Shown here in pieces: positions 12,416 through 25,810 of a stretch of 64,000 nt of DNA. Each line of letters begins with the position of its first letter. The first letter of the stretch is position 1. The notes below the pieces were generated by a model, which did no database searches, was not told the DNA's origin, and saw nothing but the letters and a program-made list of their open reading frames with translations. Both the position numbers and the translations under genes were made by a program. Origin of the DNA: Lama guanicoe (lineage: Eukaryota); contig MU054212.1 in assembly GCA_013239625.1 (NCBI GenBank), positions 6,298,270-6,362,269 on the forward strand, written 5' to 3'.

Positions 12416-13761
12416 GCAGTCTGAGGTGCCCCTTAGACCCTGGCTGCTTGTTTAAAGAAAGACGGAATACTGAAAATCATTGGTGCAGCTTTATTTTTTT
12501 TTTAAATTAAAGGGTAGAGGAATGAGCCTTCAGTTGGAATGACCAACTCAGAACTAAGACATCTTCTGACTTTGAAAGTAAACATGAGAATAGATAGTTG
12601 TTGAGAAAACTTAAAGAGATAATTAAGGAAATGCCTATAACAGTTAAAAAACAAATATGCAAGAAAGCAAGTAAACAAAAACAAAATTCTCACCATGGAA
12701 ACCAAGAAGGGAGTGCTATTACAGAGGGAAAAAGTGGTGAAAGAGGCAGGTGAGTGCTGTTGTAAAAACACCGCATGCCATCAGCTTAGGAGGGACTGGA
12801 GGAAATGTACACAGATGATCAGTGAGAGGTTACCTGCCCATGCATTCTTCCATTTTCTTCTTCTTCTTCTTTTTTCTTTTTTTATTTTCTTGATGAGTAA
12901 AACTTTGTTCCAGTTTTGGAAAATAACAAAATGAGAGTTCTTGTTCCTTCAGTACTTCTGTTTTACTCCATTCCCTTATCATGCTTCATTGCATTCTGCA
13001 CTTGTAAATATATATGACTATATGTACATACTTGCGTATTTTGACTGTCATGATACCAGTCAGCTGCCCGTTCTTAAATGTAAGTCATTTCTTTAGTTGT
13101 CTGGCCTCTAGGTCTGATTTACGCTGTATGTGAAGTGGAGGCAGAGGATGAAGTTTTCCGACGAGGTTTGAATTCTCCTAGCTTTTAAAAAATTGCTTCC
13201 TGGATAATAACTATATTTATAATACTTCACATCACATGACATTTAAAAATACTTATAGCAGCTATATTTGTGAATAGGTTGTACTGTTTTTCATTTTTTC
13301 TCTCCCTCTCCAGGGGACGTAATACCCAAACATAGCATTTTCTTGTCTCTGATTAGCTCTCGAATTAAGCTCTGCATAGACTGCACACTGCAATCAATTT
13401 TTAAAGAAGACCATGGCATCCAACACTTAAAAAAAAAAATCCAGGCAGTATCCAGACATCTTTCCCCAAAATCTTCTTAGTTTATTTATATCCGTGGGTG
13501 TTTATTCACTAAGCACTTGGACCTTCATGTATTACTTTACGTAAATTTCTTGAAGTCTCTTTATTGATTCTTCTTTTAATAAAGTGAATGATGTCAATGA
13601 TTAGTGCAGCTGGATGTGATGGTATCTTAAAACTTTATGACTAATAGACTAGAGGTATTAAATATTTATGTATGCAAAGCACAGAACTCAACCCAAATCC
13701 GACCAGTTCTCTGGATGCTATAAGATTCTACACTTATCTGTGCCTTTGAAGCCCTCCCTTT

Positions 13762-13868
13762 TTTTGCTTTTTAAAAAATGTGGTAAAATATATATAACCT
13801 AAAATTTACCATCTTAACCATTTTTAAGTATATGAGTCAGTAGTGTTGAGTACATTCACAATGCTGTG
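13762..13868 (-). mobile_element. L1MB-like 3' terminal fragment
   Basis: tgtggtaaaatatatataacctaaaatttaccatcttaaccatttttaagt...agtacattcacaatgctgtg. Confidence 0.8.
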
Positions 13869-15484
13869 TTAAACTTTTAAATGGCATCTCTGTTATTGAC
13901 ATTTTAATCAATGTAGCCAACCATAGTATTCTGTGAGAAGAAAAACTATCAAGATGTATTGGTTTCATTTGTTGCTGATTTAATACAAACTCATAAAAAA
14001 AAGCTCCTAGAGGCATCTTAAAAAAATCTTTTATGTAAACAATATGCCACCAAAGACTGAATGTTAGATTTTAATACTTCAGGAAATTAAAAAAATAACA
14101 AAATTTTTTTTATGTTTGAATCCTCATCATTTACCAGCACATGAAATGTTTTCAGGAGACTTTTAGCGTATTAACTTTTCCTTTTTAAACAACTTTTTTT
14201 TTTCATTTAGTTAATTTTAAATGTTAAGCTTTAAGGAGAGATTTAAATCATATCAAGACACTAATGAAACAGGATTTGATTAATTTATGGCCAACGAATC
14301 TTAAAAAGTTTACAAATGAGTATGTTTTCACAAGTCTTCAAGGTAAATGAATATGCGTGATCCTCATGTCTCACAGACTGGACAGCCAAAGGAGTTAAAA
14401 ATTATAAATATTTCTGAACACAAGCATAATTTGGTTAGTGAAGAATTTTACAAAATACAAACTCTCACTCATTTTAATAATAAAACTAAAGGAAGTAGAC
14501 TATGGCAGCTGTGTTTTAGAACTGGAGGAAAGAATGACTTAGCTTAGCCAGCTAAATGGGCAGATCCCTTCTGCAGTAACGACATGTCTTGGGCATGTCC
14601 CCCCTCCCTGAGAGTGCACTGGAGACACCCACCCGCGAAGACACTGTCACATTCTTGGGCCCAGATGTTGTGCAGCCTGTTTTTCACATAGAGTCCTAGA
14701 AACCAGTGTCTGCCCCCTAAATCTTGAAATATTCCCAAAACAGAGACTCAATTGGACTTCCTCCTGAAATGAGGTTTAAACGGAAAATCTTTTCAATGTA
14801 AACACTTTCTCAAATGTGTCAGCGTAGTGGTTGATGCGGCTGAAGAAAACGCAATGGGTTCCTGGGCAACAAGGCTGGACCCAGTTGGTGGCACTGCTTC
14901 TTTCGTTAGTCCCTCTTAAACAGCAAGGCTAGTCAAGGAGCCTGCTCACTGTATAGGAGGGGACGGAACTGTCCCTTTAAGAAGGCAAAACCAGCGCAGC
15001 CCAGTAAACACTATTCAGCTTTTCTGTGATGAACAAGGATCAATAAGTACCTATTGGGCAACAGTCGATACACCCATGTCCCTATGTACACTGATATGGA
15101 CTAGAACAAAGAGTAGAATGAATATATGCTGATGTCAGGGCATGCACGTATTTGGTATTAGATTCACCATATGTCTTTTTTTTCCTACAATTAGAGCATC
15201 TAGCCTCACAGAGGATTTAGCAAAAACACTGTTATATATTAGGGAATAAAATTCAAACTTGAAAAAAGAAAAAAAAAACACCTTTTGATCTGCCTTATCA
15301 GTTACTCTAGCAAAAACTAATGCTAACTAAGTAAGCTGGGGGGTGGGGGGTCAGCTCGGCTACAGCATAGTTCTTACAGTAAGTTCTGGCCACTGACACC
15401 AACCTTTTAGGAAGATGGAACCTCCTAATTGGCACAGATGAGTCCTTACTGTGTACACAATGACCTGAAAGCTAAATCATTTTA

Positions 15485-15700
<216 letters not shown>

Positions 15701-16666
15701 TCACCATGGCGACAGCATCCCCCTTCCTTACTCCCACTCTGCTTTGTCAAAGGCTTCTGAGTGTTATCATTAAAAAAAAAAAAAGTCACCATGGCAAAAG
15801 GTTTTCTTGAACTAGGATATATATTTAAGAATCAGCTTAAAAATGAAAGCAGATTTTTTTTTTCTCTTTTTTTGCTTACATTCAGACTTTGTCACCAGAG
15901 GCTCAGTATTGAATTGAATGGATGCCTACTCACGACATGATCTGGACGTGAAAACTTAATGTTATAAATAAGCATTTTAACATTTTGTTTTTAACGGTAA
16001 GTCAAGCTGTCATTTAGTTGTAATAATGCCCTCACATATTATATTCTAAAAACCAAGGTCGAGTGACCTGGGGGAGTTGATTTTTTAAAAATTAGTGTTC
16101 AAAAAATTTGCAAACATAATACAATGTAGCGGACCCTCAGCTGTCACAGGTACCCTTGGTTTCAAGAATACCCGGGTGAGGCTGATGGCTCGGGAGCTGC
16201 TCTAATTCGCGATGTTGCCGCGACGCACGCGTGGGGCCTGAGCAGAGGAGGCTGACCGGGGGACGAGCTCCCTTCCAACGAGTGAGCCACGCAGCATCTG
16301 GAGCGGCACGTGGCTTCCTTCTTGCCTTTTTATTGCTGTGCGTGAAATTCACGAGCGTAGACCATACTCTCGCGGTATCCATAATATGGGGGATTTCCGA
16401 AGAACAAATTCCTAAAGATGCCAAGGATCTATTAAGCTGCTTGAATATTTGTGATACTGCTGCTGCATTCTAGAGCAGTTGTTTTCAGTTTGGAATAAAA
16501 GACCCCGAACAGCCAAGTCCACGACACACTGTTTCTGGGTGGTCACTTTCTGAATGCTGTTTACAATACAACACTTGAGGAAGTTGAAAAGGAACGAAAA
16601 CTATGATGAGGCAGATCTCTGCACGCTTCCATGGGGATGAGGCAGTCATAGGGAAACTTTCATACT

Positions 16667-17925
16667 TTCATTTATGCTCTCAACATATATATATATTGGC
16701 ATCTATTAGGTAGAGGCATTATTCCAGATGCTGGAGATGAATCAATAAATAGACCAGTTAAAAATCTCTGGCCTTCAGCAGGAGACAAATGGTAAGAACA
16801 ATAAACGAGTAGAGTGTACGTTAGAAGGTGAGAAGTGCTATTAAAAATAGAGCGTGGGTGTTGGGGAGGGCGGGGCAGCCGGAGGAGGCGTGGCTGAGAA
16901 GGTGACATTGACAGGGCTGGGCCGTGAGCTCTCACAATTCTAAACACAGGCAGCAGTCTACACAGAGACCCTCAGGAGGAGGGATTGGTGCGTAGTTGGC
17001 ACCAGTGTGGCTGGAGTGGGCTGAGTAAAAGCTAAGAAGAAAGAGAAAGAAAGTTTAAAGAAATAATGGGGGTTTTGCACTGTTTACAGCTTTGAAGAAC
17101 TGGTGGCTCTTCGCCTGAGTGGGCTGGGGGGCCCTCCGGGGGTTTGGGTGGAGAAGAGGTGATCTAACCAATGTCACAGAAGAATCACTGTGGTTGCCAT
17201 GTGGAGAACACACTGTAAAGGTGCCAGGCACAGAGGCACAGACACCAGTTAGGAGGCCCCTGCAACAATCCAAGTAAGAGACAGCAGGGCTGCGGGAGCC
17301 GTGAGGAAATGTCCAGACTCTGGCCTGAGCAACTGAAGGAGAGGAGCTGCCGTGAAGTGAGATGGGCAGGTCTGGAGGGACTGGATCTGGAGGTAAGACT
17401 GGGAGCTGCGTCTGGACAGGTGAAGTCTGAGACGTCCATTAGACATACAAATGGAGATACCCTGAAAGCTCTCAGATGGACATACGAGTGTGGAGACGAG
17501 GAGGAAGGGCTGGCCGGAAATAATTAAATCTGGCAGTCATCAGCACACGGATGATATTTAAAGCCACGATACTTGAACGATGATGACCACTGGCTTCAAT
17601 GTGGACTGAGAAGAGGTCTCAGATTTGAGCCCTGGGAGCCTGAGGATTGGCCGGGGGAGTAAGAGGGAAACCCAGAAGTGGTACATTCTAGAAGCCAGGT
17701 GATTCAAGTACCTCAAGGAGACGAAGTGGGAGTGATGTCAGTCGCTCCCTCCAGGACTGTGAATGAGACCTGAGAACCTCTGGATTAAGCAGCTTGTATT
17801 TCATTGGGGACTTTGATACAAGCCGTGGAATAGCTGGGCCAAAGCCTGACTGAACTGGCTTTAAAAGAGCCTGAGAAAGGAGAACTGGGAATACAGAGTG
17901 GGGACATTTCACAGGGCTGCTGGCC
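16667..17925 (-). mobile_element. LINE-2 fragment (about 1.25 kb)
   Basis: Antisense L2 hallmarks: ccagttaggaggcccctgcaacaatccaagtaagagac; ggacaggtgaagtctgagacgtccattagacatacaaatggagat; ggcagtcatcagcacacggatgatatttaaagcc. Confidence 0.85.
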
Positions 17926-17929
17926 TATG

Positions 17930-18290
17930 AAGAGATTTTCTTCTGTCGTTTGGTTCACATTCTGGGGATAAATTTTCTAGAGTGAGATTACTAAATCAAA
18001 GGGTACCACACAATTCTTTATGTTTACCGTGCATGGCTACATAGTTTCCCAAAATACCTAAACCAATTTATACATCTACCAAGAGGCTAAGTTGGAACAC
18101 AATCTTGCCATCACTGAGTATTTTTAAAATTCAATGCGTGTTAAATAGTATCTCTTTCCTGTATTAATTGGCATCTTTTTGAAGATCAGTGAAGTTAAAC
18201 ATTTGAAATTTTCTTGTGCAAATGTCTGTATAATTATATAATAAATATATCTGACATAGTCAACATTTCTTTTCAGTTCTACAGACATAT
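17930..18290 (-). mobile_element. Old L1ME-like fragment
   Basis: ggataaattttctagagtgagattactaaatcaaaggg...accaatttatacatctaccaag. Confidence 0.55.
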
Positions 18291-19156
18291 TGAAGAGCCT
18301 GGATATTGGATATTTATACTTAGAAGTCCCATTAGCACCAGATTCAACACGTCTAAATTCAGGGAAGCACAATCTTTGCAGGCAATAGGTACTTAATAAG
18401 TGTTTACTGAATACAAGAAAATTACTTGAGTCCTGGGATTGGCAAACAATGAAGCAACACAGAAGTAATTGCAGGTTTTCAAAGATGTAAATAAAATGTG
18501 AACTCCATTACTGTATATGAAGTTTGTTTCTGAACAATAGATGAATGTTTTCACTCAACAGAGAAAGAAAGCAATGGTGAGCCTAACAATCATTCAAATA
18601 TGAATAATGTTCAGAACTTCAAGAAATAGTTTTCAGGAACCAAGCCACTCAAAGAACAGATTAGATAAGCAGTTGAAATTATCTTCCAGGGTCTTTCAGC
18701 ATCGGGATGTAATATACAAGGGAACCAAAGCAGTCAGCGTTGAGAGTTCACATGTACAGGTCCATCTGGTCAGAATACCCAGAACCATCTGACAGAGACA
18801 TCAGATGTTTGCCAACATGTCCAATACCTGTAATTGTGATTTATGTTTTCTCATTTGTTAGAAGATCTGGAACCTGAACCAATTCAAGCTATCATCAAAC
18901 TAAGTATAGTTTAGGAAAGCCTACAGGGTCTCTTTCCATGAGTATGAAATAGTTTATTTTAAATTTCTGATCAATATTTGAGAAAAATTTTCCTAGGACG
19001 AGGGGAATCTGTATGTCTGCCCAGCACTCATTAAGTGGTCTGTAGATGCTCAATTTCCGAGCTAACAGACTACCTGAAAGCTACACACCCCGGAAGGCCA
19101 AGGATGTGCCACCAAGTCCTAACATTTCTGTATTAAATGAGACATTACCCTATCGA

Positions 19157-19430
19157 ACTGTGCTGCCTCACAGAAATACCATGCAAACCACACATGCAAT
19201 TCTACGTTTTCTAATAGCCACATTAAAAGAACAAAAAGAGGTGAAATTAATTTTAATATGTTTTGTCTAAACCAATACATCTGAATTAGAGGAATCATTA
19301 ATTAAAATTTTTTTTACATTAAGTCTTTTAAATCCCGTGTGCTTTACACTTTCAGCATGCCTCCCTTCACCCTAGCCTCATGACAAGGGCTCAAGAGCCT
19401 GTGTGGCTAGTGGTTGCTGTGTTCCTGCGG
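19157..19430 (+). mobile_element. MER33 hAT-Charlie MITE
   Basis: ttttctaatagccacattaaaaga...ggtgaaattaattttaata...ctcaagagcctgtgtggctagtggttgc. Confidence 0.8.
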
Positions 19431-19972
19431 GTCCAGAACATCTCTTTGTTCCCTTAAAATTGGCTGCAGATACTGTTACTGTCCTTAAAAAAGATCATGC
19501 AACAGAGACAAAATAGGATGTCTCCTCTCATGAAATAAGAGCTTTAGAACTCTTATATGTTCTTTTTCTTGCCCTGTGTATCATGATCACTGATATTTTG
19601 GTTCAAATAATAGAGCCTGGGTTTCCTGATATAAACCACATCTATTCCCTTCACTCCATTTTTCTTCTCTCTCAATTTGGGCGCTTGTTCTTAAAGCATT
19701 CTCTAGTTATTTTTCTCCTGTGTCTGTGATCTTTTACTATTAGCAGCCTCAAATATATTTTGGCATTGGGACCAAATGAATAATCACATTTGGTATAGCC
19801 CTTGTGTCTGTAGTAAAGCTGAATAAATTCGAACCTTCTAGTCTCACCCGTGTTTGTCATCTCATTGGACAGGGAGACTTCAGAATCACACACGCATGGG
19901 AGCACTTATAAGAAACCATTCTGAGAAGAATTAACACACCCAGATGAAAGACTAAGAACTAAATTAGCAGCT

Positions 19973-20249
19973 CTAAAATAAAAAGGACACAAAAAAACTT
20001 ATCTACAAAACAGAAACCGACTCACAGACGCACAGAACAAACTTATGTTTATCAGAGGGTGAAGAGGGTGGGAAGGGATAAGTTGGGAATTGGAAATTTG
20101 CACCTCTTGGGGAGTGATGGAAATGTTAGCTATCTTGATTGTGGTGATGATTTCATTGGTGTACACATCTTTCAAAATTCATCAAACTGTACATCTGAAA
20201 TATGTGTAGTTTACTGTACAGGAACCAGACCACAATAAAGGTGTTAAAT
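19973..20249 (+). mobile_element. 5'-truncated L1 3' UTR with a chimeric-looking tail
   Basis: aacttatctacaaaacagaaaccgactcacagac...gggataagttgggaattggaaatttgca, then an L1MB/ME-like terminus ending caataaag. Candidate TSD agcagct at 19966-19972 and 20295-20301. Confidence 0.8.
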
Positions 20250-20251
20250 CA

Positions 20252-20291
<40 letters not shown>
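20250..20291. repeat. (CA)n microsatellite (about 20 units, one interruption) at the L1 tail
   Basis: Read directly. Confidence 0.95.
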
Positions 20292-20292
<1 letters not shown>

Positions 20293-20651
20293 GCAGCAGC
20301 TAAATATGACCAATGTTTTCATATCTGAACATACTGTACATCAGAAAAATTGATGACTTTCAATTCATTCTTTCAACGGTTTATTGAATATCCAATCCAG
20401 TCCGTTAACTTCTCTCTCCTCTTTTCCATATAGTTTCTTCACATTGTCCTGGAAAATTTTAGTTTATGTGTTTCTTTGTGAACATACATTATTATTTTAA
20501 ACATTTTCCTGTCATATGTTTAATGGTCTAAAACCAAACAATTATTTTACATTTCTTACACCCCACAAATACCTTTAAAATCTAAATATATCAAATGTCT
20601 TAATGCAATGTTTTAAATACTGGGTCACAGTATATATGCAACTTCCTATTG

Positions 20652-20859
20652 AAGGGGTTGGGAAACTGGTTCTGTAAATATTTTTGGTTTCATGGGCTAA
20701 GTGGTCTCTGTTAACAGTCATTCAACTCCGGCGATGGGGTTCAGAGGCAGCTACAGACAATACGTAAACGAATTACAGCCGCTGTGTTCCAATCAAACTT
20801 GACACAAACAGGCAGCAGGTCAGATCTGGCCCAAGGGCCACACAGTTTGCTGACCTCCG
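20652..20859 (-). mobile_element. MER58A MITE
   Basis: aggggttgggaaact...agacaatacgtaaacgaat...ctgtgttccaatcaaact...gatctggcccaagggccacacagtttgctgacc. Confidence 0.85.
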
Positions 20860-23129
20860 TGCTGACGGAAGAAGAGGAAAGCACAGACCAGGGTACTGGT
20901 GAGAAGACAAGACGTGAGAAATGAGAATGAACAGTCTTCTTGTTTCTATTCCAACACTCCTAAATAGTTGCAGTGACGTCCTTTGTAAGGTGGTAGAAAC
21001 CACAGCCTCAGCTGACCCCATGTTCATCTGAGAACGGCAGCTTTCCCGTTAAATGTAAGTCTGAAACCAAGACGTGTAAGCTGCAGACGGGGATTGTATT
21101 AGGAAAGTAACACGCAAGAAAAGCAGACACGCCCACATCCTCTCACTGGATTTTATGAGGCCAAATTTCTATGAATTTTTACTTAGCGTCTATTCTTTTG
21201 TAAAAGAACATGACACTCTAGGATGAGTCAACTTGCAGGGCTCTGGGAACGATGCTGAGCTATTGTGTTGTTCTGTTCTCTGTGGCTGCTGTAGCCTGGA
21301 AGCCACAATTTGTCAGAGTCAAATCTTGGAGCCAACTTAAAGAGTTAAGAGCCAGTGACCCGCCCAAATGTGAAATCAATTTACATAACACATATTCCCA
21401 CCACCCCCACACGGAGGAACTAATTTTTTAACAGACCGTTTCGTGAATAACAGAGTCTTTGTGCCACCAAATAAAAACATTTGGAGATTGCCGAAACATC
21501 TGTTCTGGGATGTTACTGTCAAAACCCTGTTCCCAGAGGGGGAGGAAACTGCATTGTCTTTCAACAGTTTTGATAATTTCATACAACATCTCCATTGTAA
21601 GGGCTGTTTTGTCTGCAGGACCCTGAAACTCCCAGGAACAAATCCAACACCATGATCATCATCGATTACAGCTGAAAGTAAACTGAGGGCAATATGTGAA
21701 AACAGAGTCTGGTGCTATAACTGCACTGCTTTCACGATGTGCTTCCAAAGCTACATTCCATAGTTAACATGTTGGCAAGGAATAGCTGTCTTCCATTAAA
21801 TACCCATTTTTCGGTGTGTGTCCCTCAAGATAACCACGGTGATGTACCTCGGTAGAGAAGATGCCTTATGCACAGCTGAGAGGCCCGAGGTCCTAGCTGA
21901 GGGGACTAGATTTCCAGCACCGAGAAGATGCTCAAGGATCTACAGGAACACACACTCTCCTTTAGAGGGAAAATCTCACTTGTCAGAAATGGAAAATAAA
22001 AACAAATTTTGCCAATTAAGAAGAGAAAGCAATGCTGAGAAGTGTAGAGATAACAAAGCAAGTCAGAGACGGTCAAGTTCAAGTCTGTCCCGTTTGTGAC
22101 TGGCTGGGAAGCTGCGGTCAAAGGTCAGCGGGAAGTTAAGTTCTGCGTTCCTGGTGAAGACGTGGTCTCCCCGCGATCCCTACCTCCCTGTCCCCATCGC
22201 GGCTGCTGGGGTAAATCTCTTTCCAAGGCTCTGGTTTCACTGCTCTCCTTCCCTTCCGCACCATGGCTGGCTTTGTGTGGAAATAAAATAAAATAAAATG
22301 AAACAAAACGAGAGCCCAGGCCTCTTGTATCCACCTGTGGGCCCATAACTCAAATGAACAACGGCATTTCACTGGCGCTTCCCTCTCCCGGGAGTGGGAA
22401 AACGTCACAGAAACCGGCATAAAATGATAACATAAGAAAGAAAGCAACAAAAATGTCAGCAGAATGTCAAAGCAACTCCGAAATGGCTAAAATGAACAAA
22501 AATGGTTCAGAGTCCCAGAATGTTAAAAGTGCCACGGCCGTGACTGTGTTACTCCACCTAGTACCCAGCGTCCTGTCACCCAAGGACACCAAGCAGGCAC
22601 TTATGAAGGAAGGAATTCTTACTTTTCATCTCTTACCTCTTTTAGAGACAGCCCACCAACGTTAAGTTAGATGGTTTCAAGTCAGTTGTGCAAACGAAAT
22701 ATGTTCTAAATGGTTCCAATAACTGGACCTTAAAATCACTTGGGCCATTTTTCTCAATGGGAAGAAATGAGGATTCTTAAGTGACAGAAACAACAAACCA
22801 GCTGTCATTTTTTTCAAGAAGTAAATAAACGTGGGCAGGAATCTACACCCAACACTCAAGATCTAACTTTACAGATGCTCTTGCATTTGTAACTTTATGG
22901 ATGCATGCCAGCTGGAATTTCTACAGGATTGAAATGTGAAAGTCGGAAGGCCAGGTAAAAGATACGCATTTTGTTATTTTGAACTGCACCAGCCAATATA
23001 TTGAGTTTTAAAAAAGCATATGGAAATGTTCACTTCCACCAGCCATGTATGGAAATGCAGTTGGTGTTGGTGAACCACTTAGCTTCCCTTTTCTTGAGTG
23101 ATGTGAAGAGTTTTAAAGATTCACTTAAA

Positions 23130-23830
23130 CATTAAATAGTACCACAGAGTATAGGGTAAAAATTAAGTCTCCGTTCCAATCTTATCCTCAGCTCTTCTCC
23201 CAGACACAGCACTGTAATTCTCTTGAACATCCGCTAGAGATAGTATCCGATACAGTCCGTCTGCACACATAATGCCGCTCTTTTCAAAACAGTAGGCTTC
23301 CATATAGTTCTTTTATCATTCCATAAAAACCGGACTCATTCTTTGTAAGAGATACACAGTATTCCACCTTGTGCAAACTAATTTAACCAGTCCCCTACTG
23401 CCGGGCATCCGGATTTATCCCAATCTTGTGCAGCCACATTGATGCTGAAGTTCATAACCTTGTACCGAAGGCTTGGCGTGCTTATTAATGCAAGTACATT
23501 GGCGGGAAAATGCCTCCACGTGGAATTGCTGGGCCAGAGGGTAAGTGCGTTTTCACTTTTGATAGATATTGTTAAGCTCACCTTCATAGAGCGTGTGATA
23601 CCCCCACGGCCAGTGTGTTTCCTCATATCTGTCCCTAACACCTGATCGCCAGACTCTTTCTTATCATCAATGCCAATCTGATCGGTGAAAAATAGTACCT
23701 CATTGAGATTTTAATTGTATTTTTATTATAAAGGTAGATATAATTATTTTATGATAATTAAATAATTTATAGTTCATATTCTGTTCAGTTTATTACCAAT
23801 TTTTGAAATGTCTATTCATCTTAAGCATAA
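23130..23830 (-). mobile_element. Old L1ME-like fragment
   Basis: cacagtattccaccttgtg...aatttaaccagtcccctactg...gtggaattgctgggccagagggtaagtgc...tgccaatctgatcggtgaaaaatagtacctcattg. Confidence 0.7.
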
Positions 23831-24251
23831 CTGAAAAACAAAAACATGAATGTGAAATACACACAGCATTTCTTATTCTACAATCTGATTCCTGATATCA
23901 CTTCTAGTTAGTTCCTAAATTATGATTTTTTTTTTGGTGGAGGGGAGTGGAATTGGGACAAAAAGACAGGGGAAGAACAAATCTCAGCACAAAGGCTCCA
24001 AACGTATAACTGACAGGGATAGGAATTAAAGCCAAAGAACAGAAAGAAATCATCAACCAAAAAATAATGAATTTCATCACACACCATCTCAATCTCCACA
24101 AAACAAGTGGTCAGACCCGTGCTTTCAATTCTGAAACTCCATCCTTGAACTTAACTAGACCTGGATTCAAAACTGATTCATGCTGGGACACATGCTCTAA
24201 CCAGCCAAGCCAGCTCACACCATGTAAATGATTTCCCTATTTGTTGAAAAA

Positions 24252-24293
24252 TGGGAAAATTGTATTTCTCATTGGGAAAATTGTATTTCTCAT
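24252..24293. repeat. Perfect 21-bp tandem duplication (TGGGAAAATTGTATTTCTCAT x2)
   Basis: Read directly. Confidence 0.95.
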
Positions 24294-25379
24294 TGCATCC
24301 AGTTGCTTCTTCAGAACTATCAGAAATTTTATGAGGCACAATCATCATAAATGAGAAGGAACCTAAAAAGGTCTCGGATTTGAACATGCTCGCTAACATG
24401 TAACGATGGGAAGGTGCGAGCCAGCTTCATCTTTCTTCTCCTTTACTCATTTCTCCCTAAGTCTTTCCCTCTCTTTCCTAGAGATTTCTTTGCCCTCAGC
24501 ACTCACAGCTACTACTCTGGTTTCGACCCTTATCATTTCATAATGGTATTACTGCTTCAGATTTTAAGGCTATCTCCATCTCTGCCCTTCTACCATCACT
24601 TTACTTGTCTTGAAATACAACCTGAATGGCTTTCATTTCACTTAAGAACCTAAGTGTCCAATACACACGTGTAGAAGAAATGAATAAAAAAATGAACGTA
24701 TAATAGCTCTTTAATTTCTAACCACCAAGCCCAGGCTCCTCTGCCTTAGCTTTCAGGTCCCTCTGTAATCTGGCTCCACTCAGCTTCTGCAAACACTCCC
24801 CCCCACCTGTGTAATCAGTACTCCTTCTCTTTCCTTCACCTGTGCTCATGCTCTTTTCTCAGTATGTGCAAAACTCTGAATCCTTCTAGTGCCCGTGTAA
24901 GTTCTTTGCACGACTGTCTTCCTTCTGCCGTTTTCTCGGCTCTCCTGGGGGCCCTCCTCTATCCCCTTGGTTTCAAGGGCTAGCTATCAGCTGATGGCAC
25001 ACCAGCCTTCCTTCCAGCCAGATCTCTCCTGAATTCCACACTGGTCTACCCAATACCCGGAGCGTATCTCCAACAGTTTTCCCACAAAGATTTCAAAATC
25101 AACTCAAGCAAAACTGAACCCATCCTTTCCTTTTTGAATCAAGCAGCCACCCAAGTTCAGACCCCTGGGTGGTCACCCCGACTCCTCCCTTTCCCTAATC
25201 TCTCACATCCGACTGGTGTCGAGTCAACTCCATCCCCTTTTCTGTCTCCACCACCTCTGCATATTCCAACCACATCATCTCTCTCCCTGGCCAGTTTTAC
25301 CAGTTGATCGCTTTGCCCCTTGACTTCCATTCCAGGAAACTATTCTTTCCATCACTGCTTAAAATTAAACTCTAATCAT

Positions 25380-25810
25380 ATTTTAAATGAAGATAATTTG
25401 CAGAGGATTTATTTACAACAGGACTCCCGACGATGGTGTGGGTGGGCTGCTGGGGAAGCGCGGTGAGAGACTAGGGATAGCAGCGGAGAGAGGTCACCAC
25501 CGGAGGCCTGTGGGGCCAAGGGGAGGGACTAGCTGCTGGAAGGTGAAGGTTATGTAAATAAGGTCATCTTGAGAAGGGAAGATGTAGCCATTCCCTGGTG
25601 ATCCTTCAAGGGAGGAAGCTGGAGAATGTAAAGACCTTGACCAGCTTCCTCCCTCGACCTGCCCGTGTCCTGCTGGGGCTGTCTATCCACTGGCTGAACT
25701 TTGCTGGGACTCAAAGGGCATGAGAGTCTGCTGATTTAGCCCTACCAGACAGCTTCTGGGGTGGAGCAGGGTGGAGGCAGTGGGGAGAACGGATTGGGGG
25801 TGCATGCCCT
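25380..25810 (-). mobile_element. LTR33-like ERVL LTR inserted among L2 fragments
   Basis: Reverse complement reads cccccaatccgttctccccactgcctccaccctgctc...tgccctttgagtccc...ttcagccagtgg...cagcaggacacggg...gggaggaagctggtcaaggtctttacattc, similar to LTR33. Confidence 0.6.

Noticed and set aside
7979..13380. Shared 13-mer agctctgcataga near 7979 and 13368
   Set aside because: Many 13-mer matches are expected by chance in 64 kb.
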